Assembly (NCBI RefSeq): GCF_000142905.1
Contig: NW_013657621.1
Coordinates: 15,457-79,456, forward strand
DNA: 64,000 nt
From: Thecamonas trahens ATCC 50062
Taxonomy: Eukaryota; Protista; Apusomonadida
Direction of reading: 5' to 3'
Part shown: piece after piece, positions 1-12,237 of the stretch
How the letters are laid out: each line of letters opens with the position of its first letter
Numbering within the stretch: position 1 is the stretch's first letter
Translations under genes and position numbers: made by a program
The notes under the pieces: model-generated
Database searches by the model: none
What the model was told of the DNA's origin: nothing
What the model saw: the letters and a program-made list of their open reading frames with translations, nothing else

Positions 1-3000
1 TACGATCGGTACAGGCCGCCGATCTCGTTCAGCACCCTCGCATCAAACAGCGCGTCTGCGGTCTTGGCCTTCCATAGCATCCACCCGCACACTGCCGGAA
101 TGCCGACCACATACACCATCGTGCACACTCCGCCAAAGCTAGCCACCGCCCACCACGTCCCATTGTAGCACACGAGGCTCATGTCTGCATCAAGCAGCCA
201 CCTTCCGTCGTACAGCCGTGTGCAGTCAAAGATCGAGAGCGTCGCCCGCGAGAGCGGCAGGTACATCAGCGGCGAGACCAGCGCCGCCAGACTCTGTGCC
301 GCCTCCTGCATCTCAAACGATGCGTGCGCGCTCCAGAGCATACCCCAACAGACAAGCCCAAAGAGTGCCACAAACACCATCGGAAGTATCATCACCACCG
401 CGTACTTGGCGTAGAACGAGGTGAGCGTGCACTTGTTGACCAAAACGCCGCGTCGAGGTTGAAAACGTCAAACACGCCCAGCGTCGACTGCGCCGCTTCC
501 GGCCAGCTCATCGCCGCGCTTCCAAGTACGCCCAGGACTTGGAAGAAGAGGAATGCCATCGTCACCGCCCGGGGAATCGAGGTCATCCGTTGAGCGAGCC
601 TGGACCTGCCCTCGTAGTCGTCATCGCGGACAGCCTGGATGCGGGTGACAATGAACACGCCCGCCGCCGCTGCCGCAATGCCCACAACCACAATCACCGC
701 AGACAAGACGACTGGTGCACCGCTCGGGCACTTGGCACACACTCCGCGCTTGTCTGTGTGATATCCGCGTGCGCACACGCCGCAGAGCGCTCCCTCGTGG
801 CCGGCCGCGCACTGCGGCGGATCACCGCCGCGGCAAACGTCGCGCAGTCGACACTCCTCAAACTGGCCGTCGCCCACCGGGTAGAAGCCTGGCATCGCCA
901 CAGGTCCATTGGTCCCGCCCGCGCACACGCCGCCCACGGGACATGCCTGACATGCCACGTTTGTCGCTCCGTTGAGCGCGTAGTACCCGATTTTGCACAC
1001 GCACGGCACGCTGCGCCCGGCTGCCGTTACGTTCTTGCTCTCTGCGCGCCGGAATGCGTTGTCCGGGCACGACTCGCACGATGTTGCCCCCTTGTTGAGA
1101 TTGAACGCGCCTATTGGGCACGCCATGCAGCCTTTGAGCGAGATCTCGTCCGAGAACGTGCCCTCGGAGCACTCGCTGCACTCGAGCGGAAGCCCACTGA
1201 GCGAGATAAGGCCCATGCCCAGGCCGCACGGCCGGATCTGCAGCGACAGCGCTACCTTGGCCACCTCGGGTACACCAACTACACTCACCTCAAGCGAGTA
1301 CTGCGTCTCGCTGAGCGAATCGAGGGCGTTGCTGTCGGCTGCAAGTGCTTTGACCGTCGCAAACGAGACTTCCGCGGCGTCCATCAGCCGCGACCGATCG
1401 CCACCGGCAAGCACCACCCCGCCCGGCGTATTCGGCTGCGAGTGCATCGAGATCCGGACGCTAGCATCCACCACAGCCTGTCCAAACACATCGCCGAGGC
1501 TTACTGTGGCATCATCTCCGAGTGACGCTCCAGTTGCCCGATCAAGCGGGCCGACGCTCCGCGCCCTCCTCCTGCTCCAAACCATCGTCACCGGCGGCGA
1601 TGCTGCCACCGCACCATATCCGCTCGCCGACGACCCGCTCAACAGCGTTGACGCCGCCATCCCGCCGCCGAGCGAGAGCCACGGCACATCGTCAACAGAT
1701 CGTGCCTCCGGTGTGTTGTCGGCATCTACAAGCGGCAGCGTTCCCGCCGGTAGGCAAACAAACACGCCGCCGCCGCCGCGGCTAGCGCTGCTTCCAGCCA
1801 CGCTCGAGCTCCCTGCGCTGTCAAACCTCACACGCACTCCGCAGAGCCCCATCGCTCCGCCGTAGCTTGCGCGATTGTCGCTCATTGTCACCACTCCATT
1901 GAGCGCCACGGATCCGGCCGTGTCGCTGGCTGGTGGCGCCGGTGCCAGGCCCGTCGACGACATCGGGCTCGACAGCGCCTCCACAGAGACAACCGCCCCA
2001 ATCGCTCCGCCCCATCCACCGATGTTGCCGCTTAGCACAAGCGGTGCGTCGATGGTGGCATCCACCGCTAGCCCCACCACCGCCAGCCCGCCGCCAACTC
2101 CGCTCGCCGAGTTGCCCGAGATCGTACTCGATACGCCGCTCCAGTCGACATCGAGCACAACCGTGGCCGACTCGGAGAGCAGCAGCGCCCCGCCGCCCGA
2201 GCCCGAGCCGTAGCTCTCGGACCACCCGCTTGCCACGTTGTTGGTCAGCGTCACACCCGACAACGACACCGCAACGCTTCCTGATCCCGATCCGAGCACC
2301 AGCAAGCCGCCGCCCGAGCCCGTCGCCGTGTTTCCATCAAAGATGACGTCGGTCAGGTTCACGCTGCTCGTCGAGCCAATGACCGCCAGCCCGCCACCAG
2401 AGTCGCCAGCCACGTTCAACTCAAACGCCGTCCGGAGAGCAGTAATCGACGCGCCAAGCTCAACAAGCACCGCCCCGCCCATCCCGGCATTGATCTGGAA
2501 CACTGTCCGGTCGGAGGCCAGCTTGTTCGAGCATCCGCGCAGCGTCACGTCGGTCAGCGTGAGCGACGAGCCGGAGCCGGTCACCCGGAGAGCCGCCACA
2601 GCCTCGGCGTCCGACGGGATTGACGTTGCTCCGATGATCGTCATGTCTTGCAGCGAGACTTCTGCGCCGTCGCGGATGTCAAACAGGCCGCCGCCGCCAT
2701 TGGCCCCGCAGTCGATCGTCGAGCCCATGCCGCGGATGGTCACAGACTTGAAGAGTGGCAGGAGCCGCGTCGAGAAGCACCCGCGATACACGCCGGTCGG
2801 CATAACCACGGTCGTCGTTGCGCATCCCGACGCCTCAAGCAGCGTCTCAGCTACGCACGAGAGAGTAAAGCCGCATCGCGCAACCGCCACCGTCCGCGTC
2901 ACCCCGGGCAACGGGATCGCCGGCGAGAAGATCGACATCCCAGGGATCCAGCCGATCTGCGACTCGAGGCCGATGAGAAAGTCGGGTGCGCCGTCGAGGT

Positions 3001-5314
3001 TAAAGTCGCGAAGGACAAACCGCAGATCGGTGTCTGCATTGGCCACAGACATCGGGCGAGGGCTGTACGACGGGCCGGGAAAGTAGATGATGACCGACGC
3101 AAACGAGCCCTCCACCACAATGTCCAGTACGTTGTCGCCGTCAATGTCCGCTATCTCGATGCCCACGTTGGTCTGATCCGTCGCCACAAAGGTCGAGACC
3201 TGTGGATCCACCGGCAGCGGCGTGAGAAAGAGCGGCGAGGTAGCGCTGCCAAAGTTGTTGCTCCGTGAGAGCGAGTACTTGCCGCCAAATGGGTTCGGCG
3301 GCCCGCGGGTGTGGAAGACGAGATCAAGCAAGCCATCACCGGTCAGATCGCCGAGCGCAAACTCGCCCACTTGCTGCGCCCCGGTCCGTAGCGAAAGCGC
3401 AGGCGCGCTGTATCCGTTCATGTTGTTGGCCAGCCACATGATCGAGCTTGTGCCCGTGTCCGAGAACACCACATCACCGTAGCCGTCGCCGTTGAGATCG
3501 CGGACCAAGAGGTATGCCAGACTGCTGCCGGTGTTGGCATAGACAGTCGTGGCCGGCCCAAACCCGAGCGCCTCCGTCTCAAGCAACAGGTTCTTGACCA
3601 GAAACACCGCATTCGGCGCATCGATGCCCACAACATCCATGTCGCCGTCGTTTTCTACGTCCACCACCGCCATCGCCGTCGCCGCAGTCGACGTCGACAG
3701 CTGGCCGCTCCATTCCAAGGACGAGAAGCTCCCGCCATCGTTGATGGCGTAGACGAGCATGCTGCCAGCCGCCGACGACGCAATCACATCGGTGTCGCCG
3801 TCCAAGTCAAGATCAACCGCAATCGCAGTCTCGGGTTCTGCCAGCTCTCCGCCCACCCGCGCCGGGCTGGCCCATGCCCCGCCGAGCCCGTCGCTGTTGC
3901 CAAAGACAAACACACCATTATTGGGCGAGCCGATGGCGCCGATGATGTCGACATCACCATCACCATCCGCATCCAAAGGTCTCAACATGCGAGGCGAGCC
4001 GAGTCCGCCGGCCAGAAACGAGTACTGCAACACGTCCAGTGGATCAACGAGGAAGCCAGAGACCGTGTCCGACAGCATCGCCGCCGCCACAATGTCGTCG
4101 TCGCCGTCGGCGTCGAGATCGCCCATCGCCACGCCGCTGCACGCGCTACATGGCGCAATGAGCCGCGACATGCCCCAGACCTCGTCCTTGCCCCGCCCTG
4201 CTCCCCCACCGTCGTACCGGTTTGCTACCCAGAACAAGTTGTTCACGTTCTGCGACGCAAGCACCAGATCCAGATCGCCGTCTCCGTCCACGTCATGGGC
4301 ATACACGCCCGAGACCGAGAGCTGGAACGGGAAGCTCCGAGTCGTCCATCCGCTCCCATCGCCAGCGTTGTTCTCAAACCATCGCAGTCTGCTCGCCGCG
4401 GTGCAATGGACTACATCGTTGTCGCCGTCGCCATCAAAGTCTCCCGTCGCCACCGCCAGCGATGCGCCGACGTCGGCCGAGAGAAGAGCCACCGGCGGCC
4501 CATACGTTGTTGCAGCCATCCACGGCAGGTACGCCACCGCATCGCCGCCGCCGTGCGTGGCAAACACAATGTCAGCCATGCCATCGCCAGTCACATCGCC
4601 CAGCGCAAACGTCGTGGCCCTGTCCAGCGCCGCCACTGTCACCGAGTCGGCGAGCTCGTGTTTGGTCGTGTTGTAGCTCCCGGCGCCGTCGTCGACAAAG
4701 GCAGCCAGCTGAAAAGTGATGCCCATCGGGTTGAACGACGGTCCCTCGAGCGTTACCACATCGTCCAATCCGTCGCCGCTCACATCTGCGTAGTCAACGT
4801 GGACCACTCGCCGCAAGTTGGTGGCAAAGATGGTCTCGACAAAGTTGCCGTTGTTGTCGCCGACGTAGTGGGCGCACCAGTGCGGAAAGTCGGCAGCGCT
4901 CGAGCCACGATACCCGTTGCACGCCACCACGCTCGGCACACCGCTCAAAGTAGACGTGGCCATGACGTGCACAAATCGTGCCCGATGCATGTCAGCCAAC
5001 TTCGCCGAGGCAGTCTTGACCCACCCGATGCCCACACCGGTATTCCGCACCCACTCGATGGTGCCCGACTCGTAGCCGGCGACAACAACATCGTTAAAGT
5101 CGATCCCGGCGCTGAGGGGTCCTGGTGGCGGAGGCACATCCTTATCGCAGTCAACAACGGCAACGCCGGCCGCTCCGTCGATCAAGCCCGAGATGACCTG
5201 TGCCGATGGCTGCAGTAGTTTGTCACACGGCACGTCGACGCCGACCACTGCCTGCCAAGCCGCTACCAGCGCCACCAGTGCAAGCAGAATGCCCCTTCTG
5301 ATATACTTTGCCAT
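1..5314 (-). CDS. Receptor-like membrane protein: signal peptide, FG-GAP/VCBS repeats, PMP/pectin-lyase-like beta-helix, Cys-rich repeats, multi-pass TM domain (frameshift at ~442-445; 3' end runs off the window)
   Basis: ORF 392..5314 has a signal peptide, many DxDGDGDxD repeats, GGA(I/V)/FxxN motifs and CxxCP repeats. After the break the -1 frame continues to base 1 (VNKCTLTSFYAKY...YLPLSRATLSIFDCTRLYDGRWLLDAD...IGGLYRS), collinear with the paralog at 5767. Confidence 0.88.
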
Positions 5315-5766
5315 GCTTGCGCAAAGACTACGTTGCTTACAATAGCGATGAGTGTATCCATCATGCCGATGCCCACATTGACGCGCCCTGACCTGCTACA
5401 GCGACCAAGCGGGGGATGTGTCGAACGCGACAACGAAATTTCTATTGCGACACGGCTCGACATTGACCACCTTCTAACGCTCCTCCTGCTCGACTTGACA
5501 TCGCAACCGGAGTTTATTGCACACCACATTGTACTCTGGTAATAGTTGTTTCTGTTACGCTTTTTTGTTGTGCTATAGGTGCCTTGTACGCGGCTACAGG
5601 ACGAAGGGGGGGTGCGTTGTACAAAGTCCCGCACTTGGCCTGTGCAGCAAAAAATTCATTTCGGTCACGTGGGTGCAGCCACCGCTCACACGTGCGACAG
5701 GGCGCCTCTATCCCGCACGCCTGCACAGCTGCAGACTCAACCACATATCATCTCATCTTTACCTGT
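5315..5766. promoter_or_regulatory. Putative bidirectional promoter between divergent paralogs
   Basis: About 450 bp of lower-GC spacer between two head-to-head start codons; positional inference only. Confidence 0.4.
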
Positions 5767-8700
5767 ATGGCTTGCTGCCCACCGTACCGAGGCATACTCG
5801 CTGTCGAGCTGTTCATCGCCCTGCTTTTCGCCATGATCTCGCTGCAAGCAGTCACCGCTGTGCCCATCACCTGCAAGCCCGTGCCAGCGACCATGACACC
5901 AATCGGATTCGTCGACCAGGGCAACAGCCTTGTCACCGGTCACCTCGATGCAGATGTTTTTCCTGACGTGGCTGTTGTCTCGGGATTGACAGGCAATCTC
6001 GTCTGGTTTCGCAACACCCAGTCGTTTGGCTGGTCATCGGCCAACACCATCTCCATCGGCCGGCTGGAGACGCCGAGCTATCTTGTCGGATACGACTCGG
6101 GCGGTGATGGCCTCCTGGATTTGGCATCTGCTTCCGATTCGAGTACCGACACCACCCTTGACTTTTATCGCAACACCGGTGGCGCCTTTGTCCACGTCGA
6201 GGTCGTCCCGCCCGGCACCTCGCCCTACGCCCGATTCACCTATCTCGTCATGGCCGACTTTACCGGCAACACTCTCGCCGACATTGCCGTCGTCGATTCT
6301 GAAGCTGCCACTCCTACCATCGTCCACTTTGTGCAGACCGCGCTTGATACCTTTGCCGCTGGCGCCTCGATCATTCCCTCGGCCGCCCTGCTCGACAAGC
6401 CAGGCGCCATGGCCGTCGCGGACATCGACGGTGACGCAGACTTTGATCTGGTGGTGGCGAGCCATCACAGCGCGCCGGGCAGTGTGTACTGGCTGGAGAA
6501 CGGCGGCGGTGGAAGCTTTGTCGACACGGTTCATCCTATTGCCTTCAATTATCCGCTTCTGGACGAGTCCAGGACGATTGGCGTCGCCGACTTTGACCGC
6601 GATGACTTGAAAGACGTCGTCTTAGCCTCGCGCAACAACATCATGCTCTGGATCCGCGGCGCCAGCGCAAACGGGACAGCATGGGATCCCCCGCGGTTCA
6701 TTACTGACGCCCATCTGGATGCACCATCGCAGATTGTCATCGGTGACATGGACGGTGACGGCGATCCCGACCTTGCCGTGGCAGCAAGGGGCAACAACGT
6801 CGCCACCTGGCTCGGCAACCGGTACGATGGCGGTGCCGGGGACATTGAGAGCATGTGGGAGGAGCCGCGGACAATTTCAGAGTGCAACACGTGCCAGACC
6901 GTTGGCCTTATGGACTTCAACATCGACGGCAAGCTCGACGTGGTCGTCGCCGATCGCGCCAAGGACAAGCTCCTTCTCGCCCGCAACTCGCCGCTGGACG
7001 TCTTTGGCAACACCCTCATGGACCTCTCCACAGACTCGCCCGAGACCATGGAGTCGCACGACTTTGACGGCGATGGTGATCAGGACTACCTCGTCTCCTC
7101 AGCCTCAACCAACACCGTTAAGTGGATCGAGAACACAGATGGGCTCGGCGGCACCTTTACCACCCGTGTCCTCGACACTACTCTAACAGGCGTGAGCCGG
7201 GCGGCGGCGGCCGATCTCGATCTCGATGGCGACATCGACATCCTCGCTGTCTCGCCCTCACTCTACAAAGTTGTCTATGGGCTTAACGCAGGCGTGAACT
7301 TGTTTGCCGATGTTGCTGCTGCCGGATGGACCGGGACGGCGTTGCATGTTCCGGGCCTGGCGGTCAGCCTCATTGTGCCAGTCGACATCGACGCCGACGG
7401 CGATGTCGATCTCGTCGGCTCCTCGCCCACAGAGCTCTTCTACCTCACCAATCAGCTCATCGAGTGGGGCAACAAGACCATCGGCTTCTTGCCGCGAAAT
7501 GTCATCGACACATTCGTCCAGCTGGTCCAGTTCGAGGTAGCGCCGATGAACGTCGACGTATGGCCGGACATTGTTACGGCCGACAAGACCACCGGCGCCG
7601 TCCACATCTACCTCGGCTCGGCCTCGGGTAGCTTCACGGCAGGACTCTCTGTAGCTGCGTCAACAGAAGCGGATCCTGTGTCGCTGATCTACGCCGTGGC
7701 GCTCATTGATGCTGACAGAGATGGCGATCTCGACATCGCCTGTGCAGCTGCAGCTGAAGGCTTTGTGCTCCTCATCAACAGCGGCGATGCCGTGTTTGAC
7801 TCCTCTGTCGCCGGACGGACCAACTTCTCCACCGCTGTGGCCAAAGATGTCGACGTCGGCATGATGGTGGCCGACTATAATGGCGATAGCATCGACGATC
7901 TCATCTACCGCGGCAGGCTCGAGCCCGGCGTCCTCGGCTTCTTCGAGGGCGTCGGCGATGGCTCGTTCGTCACACAGCTTGTCGACGGCTCGTTCGAGAT
8001 CTCGCTCTCTACCGGCGTCGACTTTAACCAAGACGGCGCCATCGATGGCGTGGCCGAGTACCTCGGCACCATGGGCTGGTTCCGAGGCACAACACTCTTC
8101 CGCGTCCTCGATGCCGTCTCGCCGAAGAAGATGATCCTGTCTCTGGCCAAGCTCGGCTCCACCCTGGCCCGACTGTCCTACTACATCGGCCTCGCCTCGG
8201 GCTGTGCCACCGACACCATCGTGCTCCCGCCGCACGCTGCGTTGTATGGATGCTTTGACACCGGCCCGTATCCGCTGTACAAGTCGATGGTGATTGACGG
8301 TAACGGCGCGACCATCGACTGTCGCCTCGGCTCTGGCGGTGGCCTGTTTGACATCCGCGAGGGCGCGATCGTCACCCTCCGCAACATGACCATTATCGGT
8401 GCCCGCGCCACCAAGAGCTCGCCCAACGGGCCGGCCGGGCTACGGGTCACCGGCAGCGGCTCAATGCTAGTATTGGAGGACGTGGTCGTCAGCCATGGAT
8501 CGGCTCTTCCCATCGCCGGCGCCGTGTTTCAACTCAATCGCGGCATCGGCGGCGGCGTGCTTGTCGAGACTGGTGGGAGCCTGGTAGCGCGGCGATGCAA
8601 GTTTGAGAACAACGTAGCGAGCGCTGGAGGTGGCGGTGTGGCTGCTGTTGGCTCGGATGTGGCCATCGAGATGGAGGACGTAATTCTGACCGGCAACGCT

Positions 8701-11559
8701 GTGGCTAGTGGCTCTGGCGGTGGCATCCTGCTGCAGAGCAACGCCGCCGGGGCGGCACGAGTCGTCTTGACTCGCGTGACGCTCTCGGACAACTCGGCCG
8801 GCGGCATCGGATCTGGTGGCGGACTCGCCGTCTCGTGCATCGCAGCAGCGAGCTGTGAGGTCACGCTCACCGACTGCCGCGTGGCCGGCAACTCGGCGGA
8901 TGCTGCGGGAGGCGGCGTGATGGCGGCAGGGACGCGGGTGGTCGGGATGCTCAACGCGACGATGATCGAGTCTAATACTGCCGGCTATGGCGGCGGACTG
9001 GCGATCGTCACGGCGCCGGTGTCTGTGCCCGCACTCCTGCCAGCATCTTCGCTGATACCCGAAGGCGTGCCGGCGTCCAAGGTGAGCGGCGCGATGCAGA
9101 TAGTCGGCCCAGGGTCAGCGCTGCGCGGCAACATGGCCGTCTTTGGCGGTGCCATGCTTGTGTGCTCCGTGCCGGTCACCTTTGATGACGTCCAGCGTGC
9201 ATCGCTGGACGTTTCAGGCAACTCGGCGAGCGTCGGCGGCGGCGCGGTCTTTGCCTGCCTCCCGGCCGGCTCACTAGCGGCGGGATCAGGGGCGCGGCTA
9301 GATGCGGCTGGCCTCCCATGGCTCAAGCTCTACAATCGCGCGCTTGGTGCCTTTCAGAGCGTCGAAGAGGTGTTTGGTCCGTTTGTGGATGGCAGCGCGC
9401 TCTACGGACAGGTCCTCGCCTCACCACCGCATGTCCTCGAGTGGATGGCGTCTCGCGGTAGATACTCGCCAGTGCTGACGCAATCGTCGGGCATCGAGCT
9501 CGGCGCCACAGCTCAGATCTGGCCGATAGACGTGTTTGGTCAGGAGCTTGTTGATCCGGGCATGACGATCGAACTGGAGCTAGTGGCGCCGGGAACGGGC
9601 TTCCAGCTCTCTGGCGGCGATCGGTCCAAGCCGATGGGCAGCTCGTCGCCAGTTTCATTCGCGGACGTGACCGTGGAAGCGTTGGACGGCGACGTGCTGC
9701 GGGGCACGCCACCGGTGACAATCCACGCGCGCGTATTGCCCGCGCAGCAGAGTCCCGTGGGCGTGCTGCAAGCGAACATCTCGGCGTGTATGCCTGGATT
9801 CGGCCGGCGGTCTCCCGATGGCGCGCCGATTGTGTGTTCGATCTGTCTCGAGGGTACGTACTCGGCAGAGCTCTCCACTGCGCCATGCCTCTCGTGCGAC
9901 GACGGCGCGTCCAACTTTGGCATCGGGGCCACGAGCTGTGAAGCGTGTCCGCGAGGAACGGAGCGCGACTTGTCTGTCGTCAACACAACCGACGTGACGG
10001 CCGACGGTGGCATCAACTTGCCGTGCACATGCTCGCCGGGCTTTTACTCGCCGCAACGCAAGAAGGATGTGGCGTGCGCGCCGTGTCCTACTGGCGGAGT
10101 ATGCGATGGCAAGCTCAAACTCCCCTATGCGCAGCCCGGGTACTTTCCCGGGAGTGATGGCACCTTTGCCGCCTGCCTCAAGGCCGATGCCTGTCTGGGA
10201 GGAGATCCGTTCCGCTGCGCGGGTGGCTCTGAAGGCCTGCTCTGTGCCGAGTGTGTCGATGGCTACTACGTCGACGCCAGCGGTGACTGCCACAAGTGCT
10301 CTGATGCCTCGACAGTCTTCCTTGTCCTGTTTTTGCTGGCATTCCTCGCCTTTGTCTCGGCCGCCGTCTTTGCTGCGCTGCGTCAGGACAACGGCGGGAG
10401 CGCGCCTCCGGACACAGGCCTCGCACTGCACACCAGCAAGATCCCCATCAGCATCACCATCGCCATTGTGTTCTTTCAAGTAGTAGCCGTGGTCGGCGCG
10501 ACCCTGTTCCGATGGCCGAGTGAGGCTCAGGCAGTGCTGCTGTGGTTCGGCATTTTTAATTTCGACTCGAGCGCGGCCTTTAACGAGTGCTCGCTCTCCT
10601 CGTACTACGCCAAGTACACGCTGGCATGCATGCTGCCTGCTGTCTTTATGCTAGCAGTCATCACTGCACTCGCGCTAATCCGCATGTGGCGGGGAGTCCA
10701 GATCAGCATCGGGCTTGCCGTCACGCGTATGATCCTGGTGGTTGGCCCGGTGGTGTACCTGACGCTCTCGCGGACAGTCCTCTCTCTCTTCGACTGCACC
10801 CAGCTCTTTGACGGCGTGTGGTCGCTCGATGCCGATCGGCGGCACCAGTGCTACAACGCAACGTGGTGGGCAGTTGCCTGGCTTGGAGCTATCTTCGTTC
10901 TGCTCTACGTTGTCGGCATCCCGGCGTATTGTGCCTTGGTTGTGTGGCGATCGCGACGTGAGCTCTATCACCATGAGACTATGCAGGCCATCGGAGGCTT
11001 CTATCGCTCCTACCGGCGGCACTACTACTGGTTTGAGCTGGTGCAGCTTGGGCGGCGGCTGTGGATCGCATGCGCCTCGCTCTTCTTCTCGACGCTGTAC
11101 TCGTTCCAGTTCCTGCTGCTCGGCGGTGTCTTCTTTGCCTCGACGCTCGCCTTTCTCCGGCTGGAACCGTACTTTCTCCCGATGTACAACACGCTCGAGG
11201 CGCGGCTGAACGCAATCCTTGTGGGCATTCTCGTGCTGGGCATCATGTTCCACGGCGCGATGTTCAGCGCCGGCCAGCGGACCTTCTTTACCGTTGTCAT
11301 CATCCTCCTTGTCGCCGCCGCTATCGTCCTGCTCGTGGTGGTCTTTGTCCGCGAGCTCAGGCTCGTCGCCGCGCTACGCAAGGAGAAGAAGGACTCGGCA
11401 GGCGAGACCGGCGGCATTCAGCTGCACTCGATCCGTGAGCAGGAGTTCTGGGAGTTTGTCCGCCGCGAGTGCGACGACTTTGAGGATCAGGCCGTCATCG
11501 CCATCCTCCATCAGTTCGATCCTGCCCGACGCGACGACGACCGTAGTCTCGGCTTGTAG
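5767..11559 (+). CDS. Receptor-like membrane protein: FG-GAP repeats, beta-helix, Cys-rich repeats, multi-pass TM domain (intact paralog of the 1..5314 gene)
   Basis: ATG 5767 gives MACCPPYRGILAVELFIALLFAMISLQAVTA (signal peptide). Shares blocks with the first gene (NRYDGG, GGGLFDIRxGA, LRVTGSGS). C-terminal TM region includes GGFYRSYRRHYYWFELVQLGRR. Confidence 0.9.
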   Translation: MACCPPYRGILAVELFIALLFAMISLQAVTAVPITCKPVPATMTPIGFVDQGNSLVTGHLDADVFPDVAVVSGLTGNLVWFRNTQSFGWSSANTISIGRLETPSYLVGYDSGGDGLLDLASASDSSTDTTLDFYRNTGGAFVHVEVVPPGTSPYARFTYLVMADFTGNTLADIAVVDSEAATPTIVHFVQTALDTFAAGASIIPSAALLDKPGAMAVADIDGDADFDLVVASHHSAPGSVYWLENGGGGSFVDTVHPIAFNYPLLDESRTIGVADFDRDDLKDVVLASRNNIMLWIRGASANGTAWDPPRFITDAHLDAPSQIVIGDMDGDGDPDLAVAARGNNVATWLGNRYDGGAGDIESMWEEPRTISECNTCQTVGLMDFNIDGKLDVVVADRAKDKLLLARNSPLDVFGNTLMDLSTDSPETMESHDFDGDGDQDYLVSSASTNTVKWIENTDGLGGTFTTRVLDTTLTGVSRAAAADLDLDGDIDILAVSPSLYKVVYGLNAGVNLFADVAAAGWTGTALHVPGLAVSLIVPVDIDADGDVDLVGSSPTELFYLTNQLIEWGNKTIGFLPRNVIDTFVQLVQFEVAPMNVDVWPDIVTADKTTGAVHIYLGSASGSFTAGLSVAASTEADPVSLIYAVALIDADRDGDLDIACAAAAEGFVLLINSGDAVFDSSVAGRTNFSTAVAKDVDVGMMVADYNGDSIDDLIYRGRLEPGVLGFFEGVGDGSFVTQLVDGSFEISLSTGVDFNQDGAIDGVAEYLGTMGWFRGTTLFRVLDAVSPKKMILSLAKLGSTLARLSYYIGLASGCATDTIVLPPHAALYGCFDTGPYPLYKSMVIDGNGATIDCRLGSGGGLFDIREGAIVTLRNMTIIGARATKSSPNGPAGLRVTGSGSMLVLEDVVVSHGSALPIAGAVFQLNRGIGGGVLVETGGSLVARRCKFENNVASAGGGGVAAVGSDVAIEMEDVILTGNAVASGSGGGILLQSNAAGAARVVLTRVTLSDNSAGGIGSGGGLAVSCIAAASCEVTLTDCRVAGNSADAAGGGVMAAGTRVVGMLNATMIESNTAGYGGGLAIVTAPVSVPALLPASSLIPEGVPASKVSGAMQIVGPGSALRGNMAVFGGAMLVCSVPVTFDDVQRASLDVSGNSASVGGGAVFACLPAGSLAAGSGARLDAAGLPWLKLYNRALGAFQSVEEVFGPFVDGSALYGQVLASPPHVLEWMASRGRYSPVLTQSSGIELGATAQIWPIDVFGQELVDPGMTIELELVAPGTGFQLSGGDRSKPMGSSSPVSFADVTVEALDGDVLRGTPPVTIHARVLPAQQSPVGVLQANISACMPGFGRRSPDGAPIVCSICLEGTYSAELSTAPCLSCDDGASNFGIGATSCEACPRGTERDLSVVNTTDVTADGGINLPCTCSPGFYSPQRKKDVACAPCPTGGVCDGKLKLPYAQPGYFPGSDGTFAACLKADACLGGDPFRCAGGSEGLLCAECVDGYYVDASGDCHKCSDASTVFLVLFLLAFLAFVSAAVFAALRQDNGGSAPPDTGLALHTSKIPISITIAIVFFQVVAVVGATLFRWPSEAQAVLLWFGIFNFDSSAAFNECSLSSYYAKYTLACMLPAVFMLAVITALALIRMWRGVQISIGLAVTRMILVVGPVVYLTLSRTVLSLFDCTQLFDGVWSLDADRRHQCYNATWWAVAWLGAIFVLLYVVGIPAYCALVVWRSRRELYHHETMQAIGGFYRSYRRHYYWFELVQLGRRLWIACASLFFSTLYSFQFLLLGGVFFASTLAFLRLEPYFLPMYNTLEARLNAILVGILVLGIMFHGAMFSAGQRTFFTVVIILLVAAAIVLLVVVFVRELRLVAALRKEKKDSAGETGGIQLHSIREQEFWEFVRRECDDFEDQAVIAILHQFDPARRDDDRSLGL

Positions 11560-12237
11560 CATGACGGCCGACTCGGATGGCAGCAATAACGCTACGATCT
11601 GCTCGCAGTAGTGGCGACAAGGAGCTGGCCGCCCGAGCCGATCGAGACGAGCGCCAGCAAGTCGCTCTCCCACGATTCAATGCATAGCCGGTGCCAAAAA
11701 ACGGTGAGCTGTGGCCATGGCTAGTCCCGGTGGGCCGCGGAAGGCGTGGATAAAAACACTTTTGTCTCGGCAGTTGCCAAACCATCACTGTCGTCACCTA
11801 CAATGATTACACGTGAACATAGGTGCAGAAAGCGAAATCGACCGCATGCAACTGTGCTATATGGCTTGTTACACGCTGCATGTGTTGCCAGGATGTATGG
11901 CTTGCTCGTATTCTCGGTGTGGCGTCCGACGTGGCAACCATCGTCTCCGCCAACTGTAAAAATGACTGATCCACCATCGACCCGTCGTCGACTCACACGC
12001 TGCAACCATGACTGGCGGACAAGCCTGCCGGCGTCTATCTTCTCCCCATCCAAGCCCTTCCTCAGTGTACAAGCACCGATCTTGAGCCCATAGACTCTAT
12101 GCTTGTGCTATCGCGGGCTTTGACTCGTCTGCAAGCGTCTCGGCGCAACTGAGTGTGTCGGTGAGCCCGGGAACGGTGCTTGCAGGTTGCTCCACGTTGA
12201 GCAAGAGGGTACAAGATGTGTTTGTGACGGTTGTATG

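Noticed and set aside
11600-12230. Possible ncRNA or tRNA in the lower-GC spacer
   Set aside because: No cloverleaf, A/B boxes or recognisable snRNA motif found by eye; an Infernal/Rfam scan would be needed.
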